The notes under the pieces: model-generated
Databases searched by the model: none
Told to the model about the DNA's origin: nothing
Seen by the model: the letters and a program-made list of their open reading frames with translations, nothing else
Made by a program: the position numbers and the translations under genes
Assembly: GCA_002269645.1 (NCBI GenBank)
Contig: NIVC01003262.1
Span: 1-64,000, forward strand
DNA from: Macrostomum lignano
Taxonomy: Eukaryota
Reading direction: 5' to 3'
Length of the DNA: 64,000 nt
Shown here: piece after piece, positions 44,561 to 57,680 of the stretch
How positions within the stretch are numbered: the first letter of the stretch is position 1
How the letters are laid out: each line of letters opens with the position of its first letter

Positions 44561-46472
44561 TTTGGGACTTCAGTCTGAATCAATAAGGCATCCATTACAA
44601 GTACCATGGGGATTTCGAGAGGAAGCCTCCGATGGAAAACCGCTGAATACAGACCCCAGCAAATGTTTATCCCATCAGGCAATCCTTGTCATCCGTTTGG
44701 TCAGCGGCGCTTATTCCTCTTGGAAAGCGAGGGGTAATAAAGCCTCGCTTTGATGAGACAAATTATCTGCTTTACGGCGGCACTGTAGCGTCCGTAATGT
44801 GAGGCTGTGCCCATCCTCCGTACAGGTGACAATTAAAAAATTGTTGCGCCCTGTTTGTGTGCGAGAGGTTTGACTACCACTGGCATGTAGTCTGTCACAG
44901 CTGCTTAATGTGCCAACTGTGTGCAGTAAAATCCGTCAAAGTGTGAGCGGCATCGTTTGGCATTGCTTTGTTTGATATTGCTTAAAGAAATAATAGTTTG
45001 CCTACCAAACAAAAAGGCTATTTTACTTTTGAAATATTCATGATTGATAAAATATCCTCTTCTACCGATTAGCTATTCGATGCACGACGCTTTGAGTTTT
45101 AGACACAGTCTTTTATTTGAAAAATATTTTAAACAGCTGCTTTATGAACAATTATGAATACAACTGTGTCTAATTATGGACTTATCACGCAAAGTTGCCC
45201 TGCCTTATCCAGGCATGCAAAGTGATCATCTGTTTACTGCAAAGTCGTATCCAATGGCTTCACGAGCCTGCGGGTGTTAAGCCGTTCTTTAGAAGTCAAG
45301 AGTCTATAATAGTTTTTATGTTCTCTGAAACATGTTAAAACTCTTGTCTCTAAATTTTGGCAACAGAATTGGAACGACGCAAGTGTATTTAATGACTTTT
45401 GATTAGTTTTAATCCACTATTAGACTATACATAACTTTGAAATTTGAAATACATGTAATTTATGTTTGCTTTATAAATATTTTTTTATTATTATTTCAAC
45501 AGTTATGTATAAATTTTGTTTAAATCAAATTGAAAATGTTGCCCATTAAGCTTCTTAGTTCTTCATACGTCATAGCCGTAAAAGATAAAAACACAATATA
45601 GCGTTTTAATTAGTTCTTAATTTGGGTTAAATAAATAGGTCATAGCCATAAACAATACTGGACATAATAAACCATCATAAGTATTTTTATTAATTTATTT
45701 AAACAGTTTTGCATAAACTTTTTTAAAATTAAATTATAATCAACTAAGCTTCTTAGTTTTTTAAATTTAAATTAAGCCATAAGAGGATAAAAACATAATA
45801 AACCATCGTCCCACCTTTGAAGACGACAGCGTCTTCATTCACTAGTTATTCATGTGTTTATCATACAGTTGGATGTAGTCATTCATTTTGTCCGTAAAAT
45901 CGCCGAGATCCAAAATCGACACACGCGTATCTATATATATGCTATATGGATAGCTCATATATATTCTTATAGCAGGTCAGCAATCATACCAAATTAGTTC
46001 CGTTCAAATTTGAAGCCAAACGCCAAACGCCAAACGCTTGTTGAAGCGGTCCAGAGCGTAGGCTGCGCTAATGTGCGCGAATTCGTGGACGTGCACTGCA
46101 CAGGGCTGCTGAACGTCGACGGCAACGACATCGTCGTCGACGAAGAGACGCCGACAACTGCAGCAGCGGCGCAAACCATGACTTCTGGCCAGGTGGCCAA
46201 GCCGACACATGGGCAGCGGCCGGCAGATCTGCCAGCCAACGCCCAGCGTCTCGGCCAGTCTTGCACTCCTGTAGCAGCTGCATCCGTCGACCCTGCAGAC
46301 GCTGCCGCCGTCGAATAGTTCCGAAAAACATTCGGAGAAATTATGGACGACGTACGCGAAAGTAGAATTCGACTATTAATATACTGCTTGTAATTCCATT
46401 GCAATGTTACTGATTTAAATCAGTATGATTTAAATGCTACTATAAACGCGCATCCAATAATACCTTTTGCAG

Positions 46473-47615
46473 ATGATGCGTGTAGAGTCCATCGTCCGGG
46501 TACTCTGCACAATAGTGGACGCGGGCGATGAAGATGGCACGCCATTCGACACAGTTGAACGGCGCTTCTCGATGCTGACTAGCCTGCCATTAGCAGATGC
46601 TTTTCGCGGGGTCAATTCATCGATGGCCGACCGTGACATTAGCGGCTTCGTCGGCACGCACTGTGTGGAAGTTTTTCGTCTTTCTAAACAAAATCAGCAG
46701 TTAGTGTTTCAGCCAGTACACCAGCCAATTCGCCGCCTGACACTCGCAGAGCGCCATGCGAATGCCATCTCCGCAGGCAGAGAAGAGGCGCGCATCCGCG
46801 CCGTACATTGCAGGTGCGATGCACTAACTGCAGTGTCAATTTTCGACTGGCCGACCGAGGTGGTGCGTTTGGTGCAGCCGTTGACTAATCATTTCTTCAA
46901 CGGGGGCCAGCAGATCTACTTGGCCAAGTCGACAATGGTGCTGCGCATAGAGATCGCACTACTAGCCCAGCGTCTGACCGTGCTTATATTGGGTCTGCAT
47001 CAGACTCTGAACCATCGACACGGCAGTTCAAGCTTTGACGCGGCCCAATATATGCTGCGGCATACGCTGAAAGCGTTCAAACTGCCTGCAAAGTCGAAGC
47101 CTGCGTACCACAGTATACAGGACTGTGCTGATTGCGATGCACCGCTGTGCACGGCATCGCAGGCGCTGTTCATGGACTTTGGGTATAATGAGCAGCTTGG
47201 CGGTCGTCAAGGATACAGCGGCGGCGGTCGTCGCCGAATAACTGACGCACTGCTTGGCGACGCCTGCGCCAGACTGATGAAAACTGGGCCAAACGAGCGC
47301 AAGTGTCTGCTGTATATTGTATTATGCTACAGCATTATGATTGTCCTCGTCGAATGCCACTATTTAAATTTTGATGCCGGCGAGCCCAGCGTCGAACTGT
47401 TCAAGTGCGCCGGCGACGAGGCGACGCGTCGCAGAGACGCTTTCGACAGCATGGGGCTACTGCCTGACCGGGTCGGCGTCCCGCGCGTGCTTGCCACTCG
47501 ACATGCCGATGCCGCGTGCAGCACAGACAACCCGTCGATCGACGAGTTGCTGTGCTCCATACCGAAGGATTTGTTCCCGAGTGTACGCACAGGGACGGCG
47601 ACGTTCATGAATTAA
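46473..47615 (+). CDS. Unknown ~380-aa ORF, probably transposon cargo
   Basis: Long open GC-rich frame preceded by acceptor CCTTTTGCAG| at 46472; no confidently recognised domain. Confidence 0.45.
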   Translation: MMRVESIVRVLCTIVDAGDEDGTPFDTVERRFSMLTSLPLADAFRGVNSSMADRDISGFVGTHCVEVFRLSKQNQQLVFQPVHQPIRRLTLAERHANAISAGREEARIRAVHCRCDALTAVSIFDWPTEVVRLVQPLTNHFFNGGQQIYLAKSTMVLRIEIALLAQRLTVLILGLHQTLNHRHGSSSFDAAQYMLRHTLKAFKLPAKSKPAYHSIQDCADCDAPLCTASQALFMDFGYNEQLGGRQGYSGGGRRRITDALLGDACARLMKTGPNERKCLLYIVLCYSIMIVLVECHYLNFDAGEPSVELFKCAGDEATRRRDAFDSMGLLPDRVGVPRVLATRHADAACSTDNPSIDELLCSIPKDLFPSVRTGTATFMN

Positions 47616-47691
47616 TTTGTGATCTGTGAGGCAGTGTGTATATTTTTGTCTAGTAGTCAGACAGTTTCTGTGCATGTTGCTGCCCTATAGA

Positions 47692-48005
47692 CGAGGGTCA
47701 CTCCGAAAGTTTTTAGAATGGAACGGTTATAATGCTAATAACAAAACAAAACTCTAAACTATTTTAAAGTAACTCCCTCCAACAGCAATGCACTTCTCTA
47801 TTAGGCGAAATTACTGCTGAAAAGCGTGTGAGAAGGCCGAACTTGACAGGGTGTCCATTGCATGCATGTAAGTTTGCAGGGCTGCATCTGGGGTCTCAAA
47901 TCGCTGGCCCCGAATCTGCTGTTTGACTGTCGGAAACAGGAAAAAGTCGCAGGGGCCAAGTCATGCGAGTAGGGTGGGTGGGAGACCGATGCGACCTTCA
48001 TCACT
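47692..48005 (-). mobile_element. 3' fragment of a mariner element with one TIR
   Basis: The minus strand reads SHPPYSHDLAPATFS (YSPDLAP motif); TIR-like CGAGGGTCACTCCGAAAGTTT at 47692. Confidence 0.7.
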
Positions 48006-48556
48006 CAGACAGGCGCGCTGCGAACGAAACTCGTAAATTGAGCTGCGAATAGTGATCGGTTGCAATACGCTCGTAGAATACGCGTGCACAGGAACTGTCA
48101 GAACGGACTTGTATCCGCCAGTTAGGCTTTTAAAATTAGCACTGCTTTTCACCGACAACCCTCCCTGCTTTGATTTTGTCTGTTCTACTAGCCCGTTCTT
48201 TCTAATGCGTGTTCCATTCGCAGTTATAAGTAATTAGATTTAGCCGATCCTGATTTGCATCGGTGAAATGATAAATGCAGAAAAAACGGTATCACAGAGA
48301 GTGAACAGTATAGTAGAGCAAATGTGGCCAGTCTGGTGTCTGTGCGGAGGCTGGCAGATCTGCCAGCCAAAGTACAGATTTCGGCCGTGCACGAATTTCC
48401 GATGTCTAAGCCGCGTACCCAAGTAGCAAGTAGAGTAGTTTTTTCATTTATACACGTACTATTCTGCTTCTCTGTCCGTCGTCCGTTGATTCGTCAGTTA
48501 ATTAATTCTTTCCATCGCTTTCCATCGCCCTTCATGTTGGTCACGCGACCTTGTCC

Positions 48557-48682
48557 TTGTCCGATCTTGCAGATGCCACCTGCTCTTTAAAGCGTGCCGA
48601 CTTTCTTGTCCGATCTTGCAGATGCCACCTGCTCTTTAAAGCGTGCCGACTTTCTTGTCCGATCTTGCAGATGCCACCTGCC
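48557..48682. repeat. 49-bp tandem repeat, about 2.5 copies
   Basis: TTGTCCGATCTTGCAGATGCCACCTGC recurs at about 48558, 48607 and 48656. Confidence 0.85.
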
Positions 48683-49231
48683 CTTCAAAACGCGCAAATT
48701 CCCTTGTCCCATTGCCATTGTGCTGTTTAAAATTTTACAATTAAATACTGGCCAGTTCGGCATTTGAAGCTTGCATTTTAATACTTTTTTATCATGGAAC
48801 ATTCGTGTCCACCATGTTTCATTATTGCATTTGTACCGTTGGAAGTAAAAAAAACTTACCATCTGTTATTGCTTCGCTGTTGCTGTTTACGAACGTTCTG
48901 CTTGATCATTACAGATCATGGTTGCATTGCCTTACACTCATTTCATTGAACCATCTAACCACGATTTCTAGTACAGAATTTCAACTGTTGCCGTTCATTC
49001 GGCCATTATGCTAGTGCTATTGTATACTATGGTCAACAGTCGCAGTAGTCAAGGTAATCCTGTATCCTCTCATTTTAGTAGGGTACCGTAGTGATCTGGA
49101 ATAGCTACCCACGCCTATATAGATTAGACCCCGATTCATCAAAACCTATTGCATATATGAATGTCATATAGCTCATCGGATTAGTATAATACCGTTTTGT
49201 AACAAAACAGCCCTACTCTGACTTCTCCAGC

Positions 49232-52201
49232 ATGGACGACGTCGGCACTTCAGCACAGTCTGCAGGGCCAGAACCGACGGACGAAACGCACAATGCAACG
49301 CACTATATGAGAAATTGGCGGCTTGGCATACGTAAAAGGGCCGCACCCGCATTGACTGGCAAGCAGAGAATGCAAGCATTGCGGCAACGCCGATTACGTG
49401 GGAAACGCGCGAATCCGGCAGATCTGCCATGCAACACTCTGGTCTCCAGCCCCAACAAGGATGGCAGCGACGCATCCGACCAGAGCGACTCAGCCAGCCA
49501 CAACGAGGAGGGCAGCGACGCATCCGACCAGAGCGACTCAGCCAGCCTCGACGAGGAGGGCAGCGACGCATCTGACCAGAGCGACTCAGTCAGCCTCAAC
49601 GAGGAGGGCAGCGACGCATCCGACCAGAGCGACTCAGTCAGCCTCAACGAGGAGGGCAGCGACGCATCCGACCAGAGCGACTCAGCCAGCCTCAACGAGG
49701 AGGGCAGCGACGCATCCGACCAGAGCGATCCATCCAGTTCCAGAGCGGATCATATTTTCATAGACAGACCATTTCATAAAAGAACCGAAGCGGATGGGCT
49801 CCTAACGACAGGAGAAGCGGCCACATTAATTGCGGACTACTGCTCCAAATGGAAAGCATGCAGAGAGCAGAAGAGAGAACTACTTGGTTTATTACGTAAG
49901 CTGATGCCTAGCGCAGATGTGCCGGGGTCACCGCATGTACTTTCTGAGGTTGTGAAAGCTCGCTTTCGACAAGAATGCAGATCTGCATTACCAACCTCGG
50001 AATGCTACAGTGTGTGTGCGAAATGTAGACAAAGTCGCCTCGGTCGAAATGCGCCTACGTGTTCAACGTGCGGTAGCGAAGAAGTTGCCAGCTTTTGGCT
50101 CTGTGACGCAAAGGATCAACTTCGGCGCTGCATCCGACGCGGAATGCTGGAACATGTTGTTTGGCCGGCTGATCAACCATCAGATGACATGTTCCGACGA
50201 CAACTACACTACGTTAACAGTGCATTGTACAGGGAGTTCTTAGCGTCGATTGAACCTCGACGTAGATGCGATCTGTCGTACACGCTATGTTCCGACGGAT
50301 TTTCGTTGCGGAAAAGCAGTAACGTCGAGGTCTGTCCAGTGTAGATATCTGTAACGGAAGTGTACGAACGCATGAAGTATAATTACGTGATTGTATGCGG
50401 AGTCTGGGCTGGACACGTTAAATTGCATGCGGAGAGTTTCCTACCAATTGTTGTTCGTCTGTTGAACGAGCTAAGGTTCCAAGGCGTCGAGTATGTAGAC
50501 AGACACGGCGATAAGCAGATTCTTAGACTGCAACCTTTCCAGGCCATCTTCGATGCCCCTGCTAGAGCGGATGCACTAGGTATGAAGCGATTTAACGCGA
50601 TATACGGATGCGACAAATGTTACATTCGGACGAAGAAACAGACGTTTGGATCTAGACGTATGTTTCCGCTCGAAATCACCAACGCTATGCTGAACGCCGC
50701 TGTCAGACGTGGGTGTACACAGACAGAGTTCCGGTGCGTCACCGACACTAACATGCTTGCCGATCGGCACGAGTCCGAAAGAGACAGAATGCGCGTGGCT
50801 CGTATTGACGACAAGACAGACATGCTTGGAGTGCGAACCGGATCTCCACTGAGTGAACTGGCCGGGTTCGACTACATTAGGGGTTGTCCGCCGTGCTATT
50901 TGCACCGAACCTGTGCTGGTCTGACCAGTTATCTGATGTACCAGTTGTTCCTAATACGACATCAAAAGCCAGACCAGATGGCGACAAACCCCGATTTGTA
51001 CCGACGGATTAGCCAGATTGATGAACGGCTTGCAAGAATTCGAGTGCCATATAGTGTTCAGAGACGCGGACCAAGGTCACTAAACCTGTTGAAGAGATAT
51101 CGGGGCCATGAGTTTGAAATGTGGATGTTAGCTTACGGTCCGATGGTACTGGAAGATTTCCTGGCATGCTATGACCACGGCAGGTACTATCAGCTACTGC
51201 TGGCTTTATCGTCCGCCATGTTCGCATTGTCGTGTGTTGGTTCGTCGATCGACGATCTGACACATGTGCGAACGACATTGTCGTACTTTCATCGCCTACT
51301 CCAGATGATGTTCCCCAATCGGGCTTTGACTTTTAACGCTCATCAGGTATGCGTGCATACCCTGATGCACGCAGAGTTGGCAGGGCCAATACACCAGTTA
51401 TCGGCATCACTTTTCGAGTCATTTCATTGTAGTATTCATAAACGCATACGCGGCTCGCGAGCGACCGAGGTAGAAATAGCGAATGTCATTCAAACTGAGC
51501 TATAAGTTGCACCATTGGCTGAAAAGACAACTGAAGATCTTCAGTTGCCTAACACGCCAGTCGCCAGACGCATGACAATGAAGAAAATCAGGTGTGGCAC
51601 TGTGGCTGGACCTAGAAGATATGCTGGCAATCCGAGTAAATGGGAGCGAGTTACATTGCATGACGGCACAATGATCGATGTCTTTAGACAGTCTGTGTCA
51701 CAGAAAAGAGTTGTCTCCAGCTTTGTTGCCGTATGGACTGACGCTGGTCGGTCAGCGATAGACTTTGGTCGCGTCTACGAATTGGAAGCGGATGAGGATG
51801 GAGGCGATCTACATCTACTGATGGAACCGCTCCGTCTGGTCGTACCGATGGAGGATCCTCTATCAGTGCTCGTGGCCATTCCGGTCGATGCGCCAAACCG
51901 AGGTTGCCGACTCATCCACGTCCGGAAGCTGGCTTGCGATCCGTTCGGTGACATTGGCGGCAATGTTATTCGTGTTCCTATCAAATTGATTGTGGGATCC
52001 TGTGCTGTCAGCGACACGCATGTAGTCGCGCTGCTGCATGCGCAACTATCTTTTTCGTTAATTTGCTCCTCTATGCGCTTGTGTGTTCGTTGTACTGTCC
52101 AAGCCCATTGTATTGTATTGCCGTTGCTTAATAAGTTCGCGGAAAAGACAATTCTGAGTAAGCTGTCACCTCAAACGTTTGCTTGCATATACCCCACATA
52201 A
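49232..52201 (+). pseudogene. CMC/EnSpm (CACTA-type) transposase, one reading frame interrupted by two in-frame stops
   Basis: ORFs 49232, 50360 and 51515 share a frame, separated by TAG 50342-44 and TAA 51503-05. LSYTLCSDGFSLRKSS..VCPV, FLPIVVRLLNEL, AIFDAPARA..KRFNAIYGCDKC, PPCYLH, FNAHQVCVH and SASLFESFH match Tnp2/CACTA transposase blocks; Cys cluster CAKC...CSTC. Confidence 0.8.
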
Positions 52202-53227
52202 TGAGACTTTTTAACGTAGTTTTCAGACAGATTGTTGCTTTTCTATGTCCTATGAAACGATGCTGCAAAGCAGTCACTCAATTCCAAATGGGTGACAGTT
52301 TCCTGCTTGTAATAGCCTTCGCTCATCGTTCGTTCATCGTCCAGATCCAGGCATGCGTCTGGGATGAGACTTCATCACATAACACTTTTGGAAGCAGCTG
52401 AAAGCGCTCAGGAATCTGGGGTCGTATCACTTTTTCGACCACTGCGTCTTAGCCTTTAGTTGAGGAGACTAAAACTTGACATGACAGTTCTCAGCTATTG
52501 AACAGAAGACTGGAAGTCTCATTTTATTTGCATAATAGAAATATGCAATTTTACGAACTCATTAAGCAGTCTTCGTACCGTCAAGTACTGTACCGCTCAT
52601 TGCTGAGATAAAATCTGCTCCATTGTATGTTGCCATCCTATTTATAAACGTCTTCAACTTTATCTATGAACGTTATAAGACTCATTCACACAGGCGTCAA
52701 ATAAGGCAAAGGTTCATACGTTCACAATATCTTTACATCAATGGTCATTCTTTTGTACAGCAGATGCGTACTTCCACAACCACTATGCAGATGACACTGT
52801 GAATGAATCTTAAGAGCGGCATCAGGATCCACCAATATGGGGACTCTACATTTATACGGTATCACTTAATGTATGAAATCTGCCAATTTAAATTTTTCCT
52901 TTACTGTGTAACTGCGTCACTGTATCAAACACGTATCAGTAAATATGTGCTTCACGCATTTTGCGTCAATCATTACATTGTATCTCGTGTTTCGTCATTA
53001 AGTACATCATTATGTAGTTGCATTGAACCAAGAATGTATTTCACCACATCGACTGGTTGGCCGTCCAGTCTCCCATAACGAACTTCCTTAGAACTAACTT
53101 TAGCGTATACGTAAGATCTTGTGGAAATTAGGATCGTATCTTGAGAGCGTCCTTTTCTATTCTTAAAAATTTCATAATGTGTTATTTGAAGTTATATGCT
53201 TTTGAAAATCCCTTTTCAGTCGTCTGC

Positions 53228-54291
53228 TTGACTTGGAAAGTAATGGGCAAGAGCTGCCTTAATCACTTTAAAGAGGACGAACCTCCCGTTGATATAGACG
53301 CGGAACAAGCGGAAAAGCGACCGCGCAAAAGTGTACAACCAAACGACCAATCGACAGTCTCGAAAGCGTCGCCTCAGTCGGAAATCTTCGATGGGGCCGC
53401 CAGCGCGAGGTCAACAAAGAAGAAAAACCGCCAACATACCAGTGCAAGCGAAGCAATTGCCTCCGATGGAATGCGCGGTTATAAATCTGCAGATTCATCC
53501 TCGTGGGCTGTCATTTACGACATCAACAACGACAGAGGTGCGATAATTAGCACCGATATTGTTGCGCTTGACGATCGTCATGAGCAACTCACTGTTGGTT
53601 GTCGCATTATCGTCGTGACAGCCAAAACAAAGACTGCTTCGGCCGCAAGATATGGCGCCGCTATATGGAGTGGATCATACACTAGCATAGCTGCTGCGCA
53701 ATGCGTCGCATCCGCGCCGGGCCCGTTTCAAACTAATAGTGCGCCGAATCCTTGTGGTTCGTGTTGTACACTAACCAACCAATTGCGCTCGCAAGTTTCC
53801 ATTGTGGACGAGCAACGTGCGTAACAGTAAAGAAACTATTGTTTTACTGCGTAATTTGAATATCTTTGTATTGAATAACTAGTCAAATTATTCAACAACA
53901 GCAACTCTCGATATTTATCTGCACGCACTCTATCACAGGTGATCGCATTCGGGCTCTCGAAAAAGATATTGAAAATGAGAGGGAACGTTTGGCACATCTG
54001 GCGCAAAGTAATACACAGTTGTTGAACGAAGTTGATTAACTTCGCGCTCAGCTGCAATCGCTTGAGGAACAAATGGCGCAGAACGGAAACGCTGACTCCA
54101 GTCGGGACACCAAAATTCAGCAGGTTATGAGCGTGGTTGAGCGCCGGTGTGAACGACTACTCAGTGACTGCAGGCAGACTCCGGAGGAGAAGGCTAAAAA
54201 ATCAGACGATGTAAAAAGATGGCGCGCCGCTAAGAAGACACAGCTGGCCGGCACCGCCAAGGAAGCCGTCGAGGGAGCCACCGAACCTTAG
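53228..54291 (+). other. Degenerate accessory ORF(s) downstream of the EnSpm transposase (basic/low-complexity region plus coiled coil)
   Basis: ORF 53141-53824; acceptor-like TATCACAG| near 53938, followed by a coiled-coil-like stretch containing an internal stop; ORF 54073-54291. Confidence 0.3.
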
Positions 54292-56779
54292 GCGGACTGT
54301 TGGCGTGGAATTTTATAAGTTTTACAAGACAATTTATCAATTAGCTAATATTATAAATTGTTTTCGCGCACTGTTTTACTGTTTTTGTTTGTTTTTTACA
54401 AAGTACTTCGTCCTGTTTGGCTCGATTCGTCCCATAGCAGATCTGCTATTTTAATACAGGACGCAAATCTTTTGAAAGTTAGTCCGGTACTTTTGCCATT
54501 TATCTTTTATCTTTGATAAATGTCTTTATATTTATCTTTGTGTGCTTTATTTTACATTTCTCTAGTTTTTTTCTGTTCAAATGTTTACGGTTTACTGTTT
54601 CATTTTCAGTGGAGTTAAGATTTGAAGTAGGTCTGAACTTAGAAAGGCCAGACACATAACTTCTTAACTTAACAATGATGCAGGAGTCCGTCCTTATAGG
54701 TGGGAATTCCCTTTGCCCAAAGCACGTAAGACTGCGTGACTCTATTATACTTCGGAAACTAGAACCACATTCGGTGCACTTACTTGCCTTAGGGAAGGCA
54801 TGATTTCTCAAAGTGTGTGACTCAGTATCTACTTTAGAACCTGATTTCAGCTCCCACTGTACCAGGAGGGGCCCTCGGTCATGTGATCCCCCCCGTAAAC
54901 ATGGATCTACGAGTGCAGCACGCACGTCAGTATCGTATACAGCGTCCACATGCGTTAATAGTACTAATAATAATCGAAATTTTTACTTATACTACATACA
55001 CCTTTTCCAACCTTTTTCCTAGCTGTTTTTTACGTATTCATTGTCGTGCTTTTTTGCACCAATAAAAATGAAAAGTAGTGAACATGTTTATTAAATCTTT
55101 TACATCAGTTAATACGTACTGTCTTGTTAATACGTACTCTAAATTTGTATATACATTATACATAGTAAGGTAATAGATTCCGAAAAAGTGCTAGTGCGAG
55201 TTCTAGTGCACAACCCGTTTTGATTTGTTAGAGGTTTTGGAGTCTGCCCCAACCGCCTCGTGCCTTAGTGCCGAGTTAGTTGTATTATATGCTGAGTTTT
55301 GTTAAGTCAATTATAAAAACAAATGCCCAACGACCTTTCAATCCTTTATCCCATCTCATGATCGCTGGTCTCCGACGCTGTTTTCGGGCCACACTGCCTC
55401 ACCGAACAACATCCACTTCTCTCTGTTACAGACGTCCGGCGCTTCAAATCGCACAGTTGGTCCATTAAGCACACTGCGACTGAGTACCGACGAAGCAAAG
55501 TATGCGTTTGCGGAGTCCATATGGAATACACCTGCTTGGAGATACGCCGTCGGCGACATCGTCATCGAATTGTGCACGAAGCTGTCAGAGTTCTGTACCG
55601 TCGGCCACATTCGCGCCTTAACGAACAGGAGTCCGATATTGTTGCTACTTATTCAACTAGTTACTGACCAGCAGATCTGCTCAGCGTCAACCTCGTCGGC
55701 TTTTACAATTGATGCATGCGACCCATTGATGCATACAATTGATGCAGTCGTTCAACGAAAGCCACTTGTTTCCGAAGGATTTCAAAGCTTCGAACGACAC
55801 AGTTGATGACGCCGTTGGACGATCGTCCATCGCACTAGCGACATCTGCAACGCCAAGTCGATTGGATATTACCGTTGGCACACGGGATTGCGAAGACAAT
55901 CAGGTAAGAGTTTCCAGCGCACTCGGCATTTCGTGGACGCAACTGCACGACGAAGCCATTGCCGCGCAAGCCGGCGAATCAGATGGCACGCCATTCACTT
56001 CGTCTCCGGTCTACGAGCTGCCGATCAACGAAAGCCAGTTGTTTCCGGATGACAACTATCCTACGAATGACAATTCTATCGACACAGCTGACGCTACTAG
56101 TCAACGGTCGTATAATATGGCAATGCCTGTTGGCGAACCGTCACTGTCTGTTAGAGCTAGACAATCGAGTATGTATGTACATTACTGTTTCTTTATAGCT
56201 GTGTATATTTCGGAGAAAGTACATTCCATCGCCATTTAATTTAACTTTATAATACAGAGTCGTTCCATTGTGCCGGCATATAATGCAAGCCCCTGTCGGT
56301 GGTCTCACTAATAGCCGTCCGCACGCGCGACCCGATCTTTCAAACGTCTGGCTCACGCGTCGACTCCCGTCAGAGTCGCGTCCGAGTACAGTAGGTCCGA
56401 CCTCGCCAGCGAGTACACCAGCTCGCAGCAGATCACCAATTCAGTAGTATCAATTGGTAACCACAGTATAAGTAGGTCTACTTATAACTGGACTCCCGAA
56501 ACTCAGACGCATGCCACGCTGTTCTCCAGAAGTTTCCGTTCATGTTGAGCTACCGTTTAGTTTGTATAAGGCGCTTACAAATGACATCCCGCTGTTAAAT
56601 ATAGAGATGCTGCTCATAAAATCTAGAAGCACCACTTTTTATACGCTTTTTTTACTGCGAAATTTGATGTCAATGCCTTCCCGCTTTCTTTCGCATGGAT
56701 TACCCGACTTTTACCTGGTCAGCGCATCCTGTTTGTCAGACAGGATAACAAACAAGATAAAAAACAGGATAACACGATG

Positions 56780-57680
56780 TTTCCCTGCAGGATTCGCATG
56801 AAGGGCATGATTCGCATCAGGGCGCAGTTCAGGGCGCACGACCGGTCGCGGCCCCCGCTGTGGAGGCTGTAAGTCGCATGTGCACCTGAAATGCAGTGGA
56901 CTCAAGCGCAGCGAGTTGTACGCGCTGGACGATACGAAAGGCCGCTAGACATACTCGAGCTGCAGAGGCGACACCACGCAGGCCGACATGAGCGACTCCT
57001 AGCGAATAGCACTCCTAGCAGCAACCCTAGCGAAGCCCCCCTCCCCAGAGTCAAGACCGGGGCAGCGCAGGATCAAGGGGTCACCACCACCAGTAATAAT
57101 AGCAACACGGGCCGTTGTTCCATTTGCAATAGTCACCGCAGGAGAGGCGAAGGAGCCAGGTGCCGGAACTGCGGTGTAAAGGTGCACTGGTCCTGCACGG
57201 GCACTCACACGCGGAAGCAGATCGACGGTCTCAAGCGCTGGGGCTCGACCTGTCAGGAATGCCGGGCAGAAGCTGGAGTACCGCTTGAGGGCACCAATCT
57301 CCTGCCGCCAACCACTACCAAGCACGTCAAGCCAAAGGCGGCCACTGGACCGGGGACCGCACAGGGCGATCAAAAAAACTGGAGCCAAGCATTTGAGAAT
57401 TTTACAATGGAACTGCGACCACTACCGGGCAAAGGAAGTTGAGCTTAAAGAGCTCGCTAGAAGGCAGAGAGCGGACGTCATTCTGCAGGAAAGCAAAATG
57501 TGGACAGAAGACCCTCGTGGAATGAACAGGTTACATTGCCTAGCGCAAGGACTGCAGCAGGCACAGGCAGCACGCCGTTGAGAGAGAAGGGGGTTTGATT
57601 ACCCTGATACGGCACGGCATCAAGTTCGAGCGGATTCAGCACAGCCTCCCCGAGACGGCGATCGAATTGGCCGGGCGATA
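56780..57680 (+). mobile_element. 5' fragment of a non-LTR retrotransposon: PHD-type finger(s) plus AP endonuclease N-terminus, frameshifted
   Basis: CSIC...CRNCGVKVHWSC...WGSTCQEC (C4HC3); an earlier CGGCKSHVHLKCSG; LRILQWNC...ADVILQES and GGLITLIRHGIKF (APE motifs). RT absent. Confidence 0.7.
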
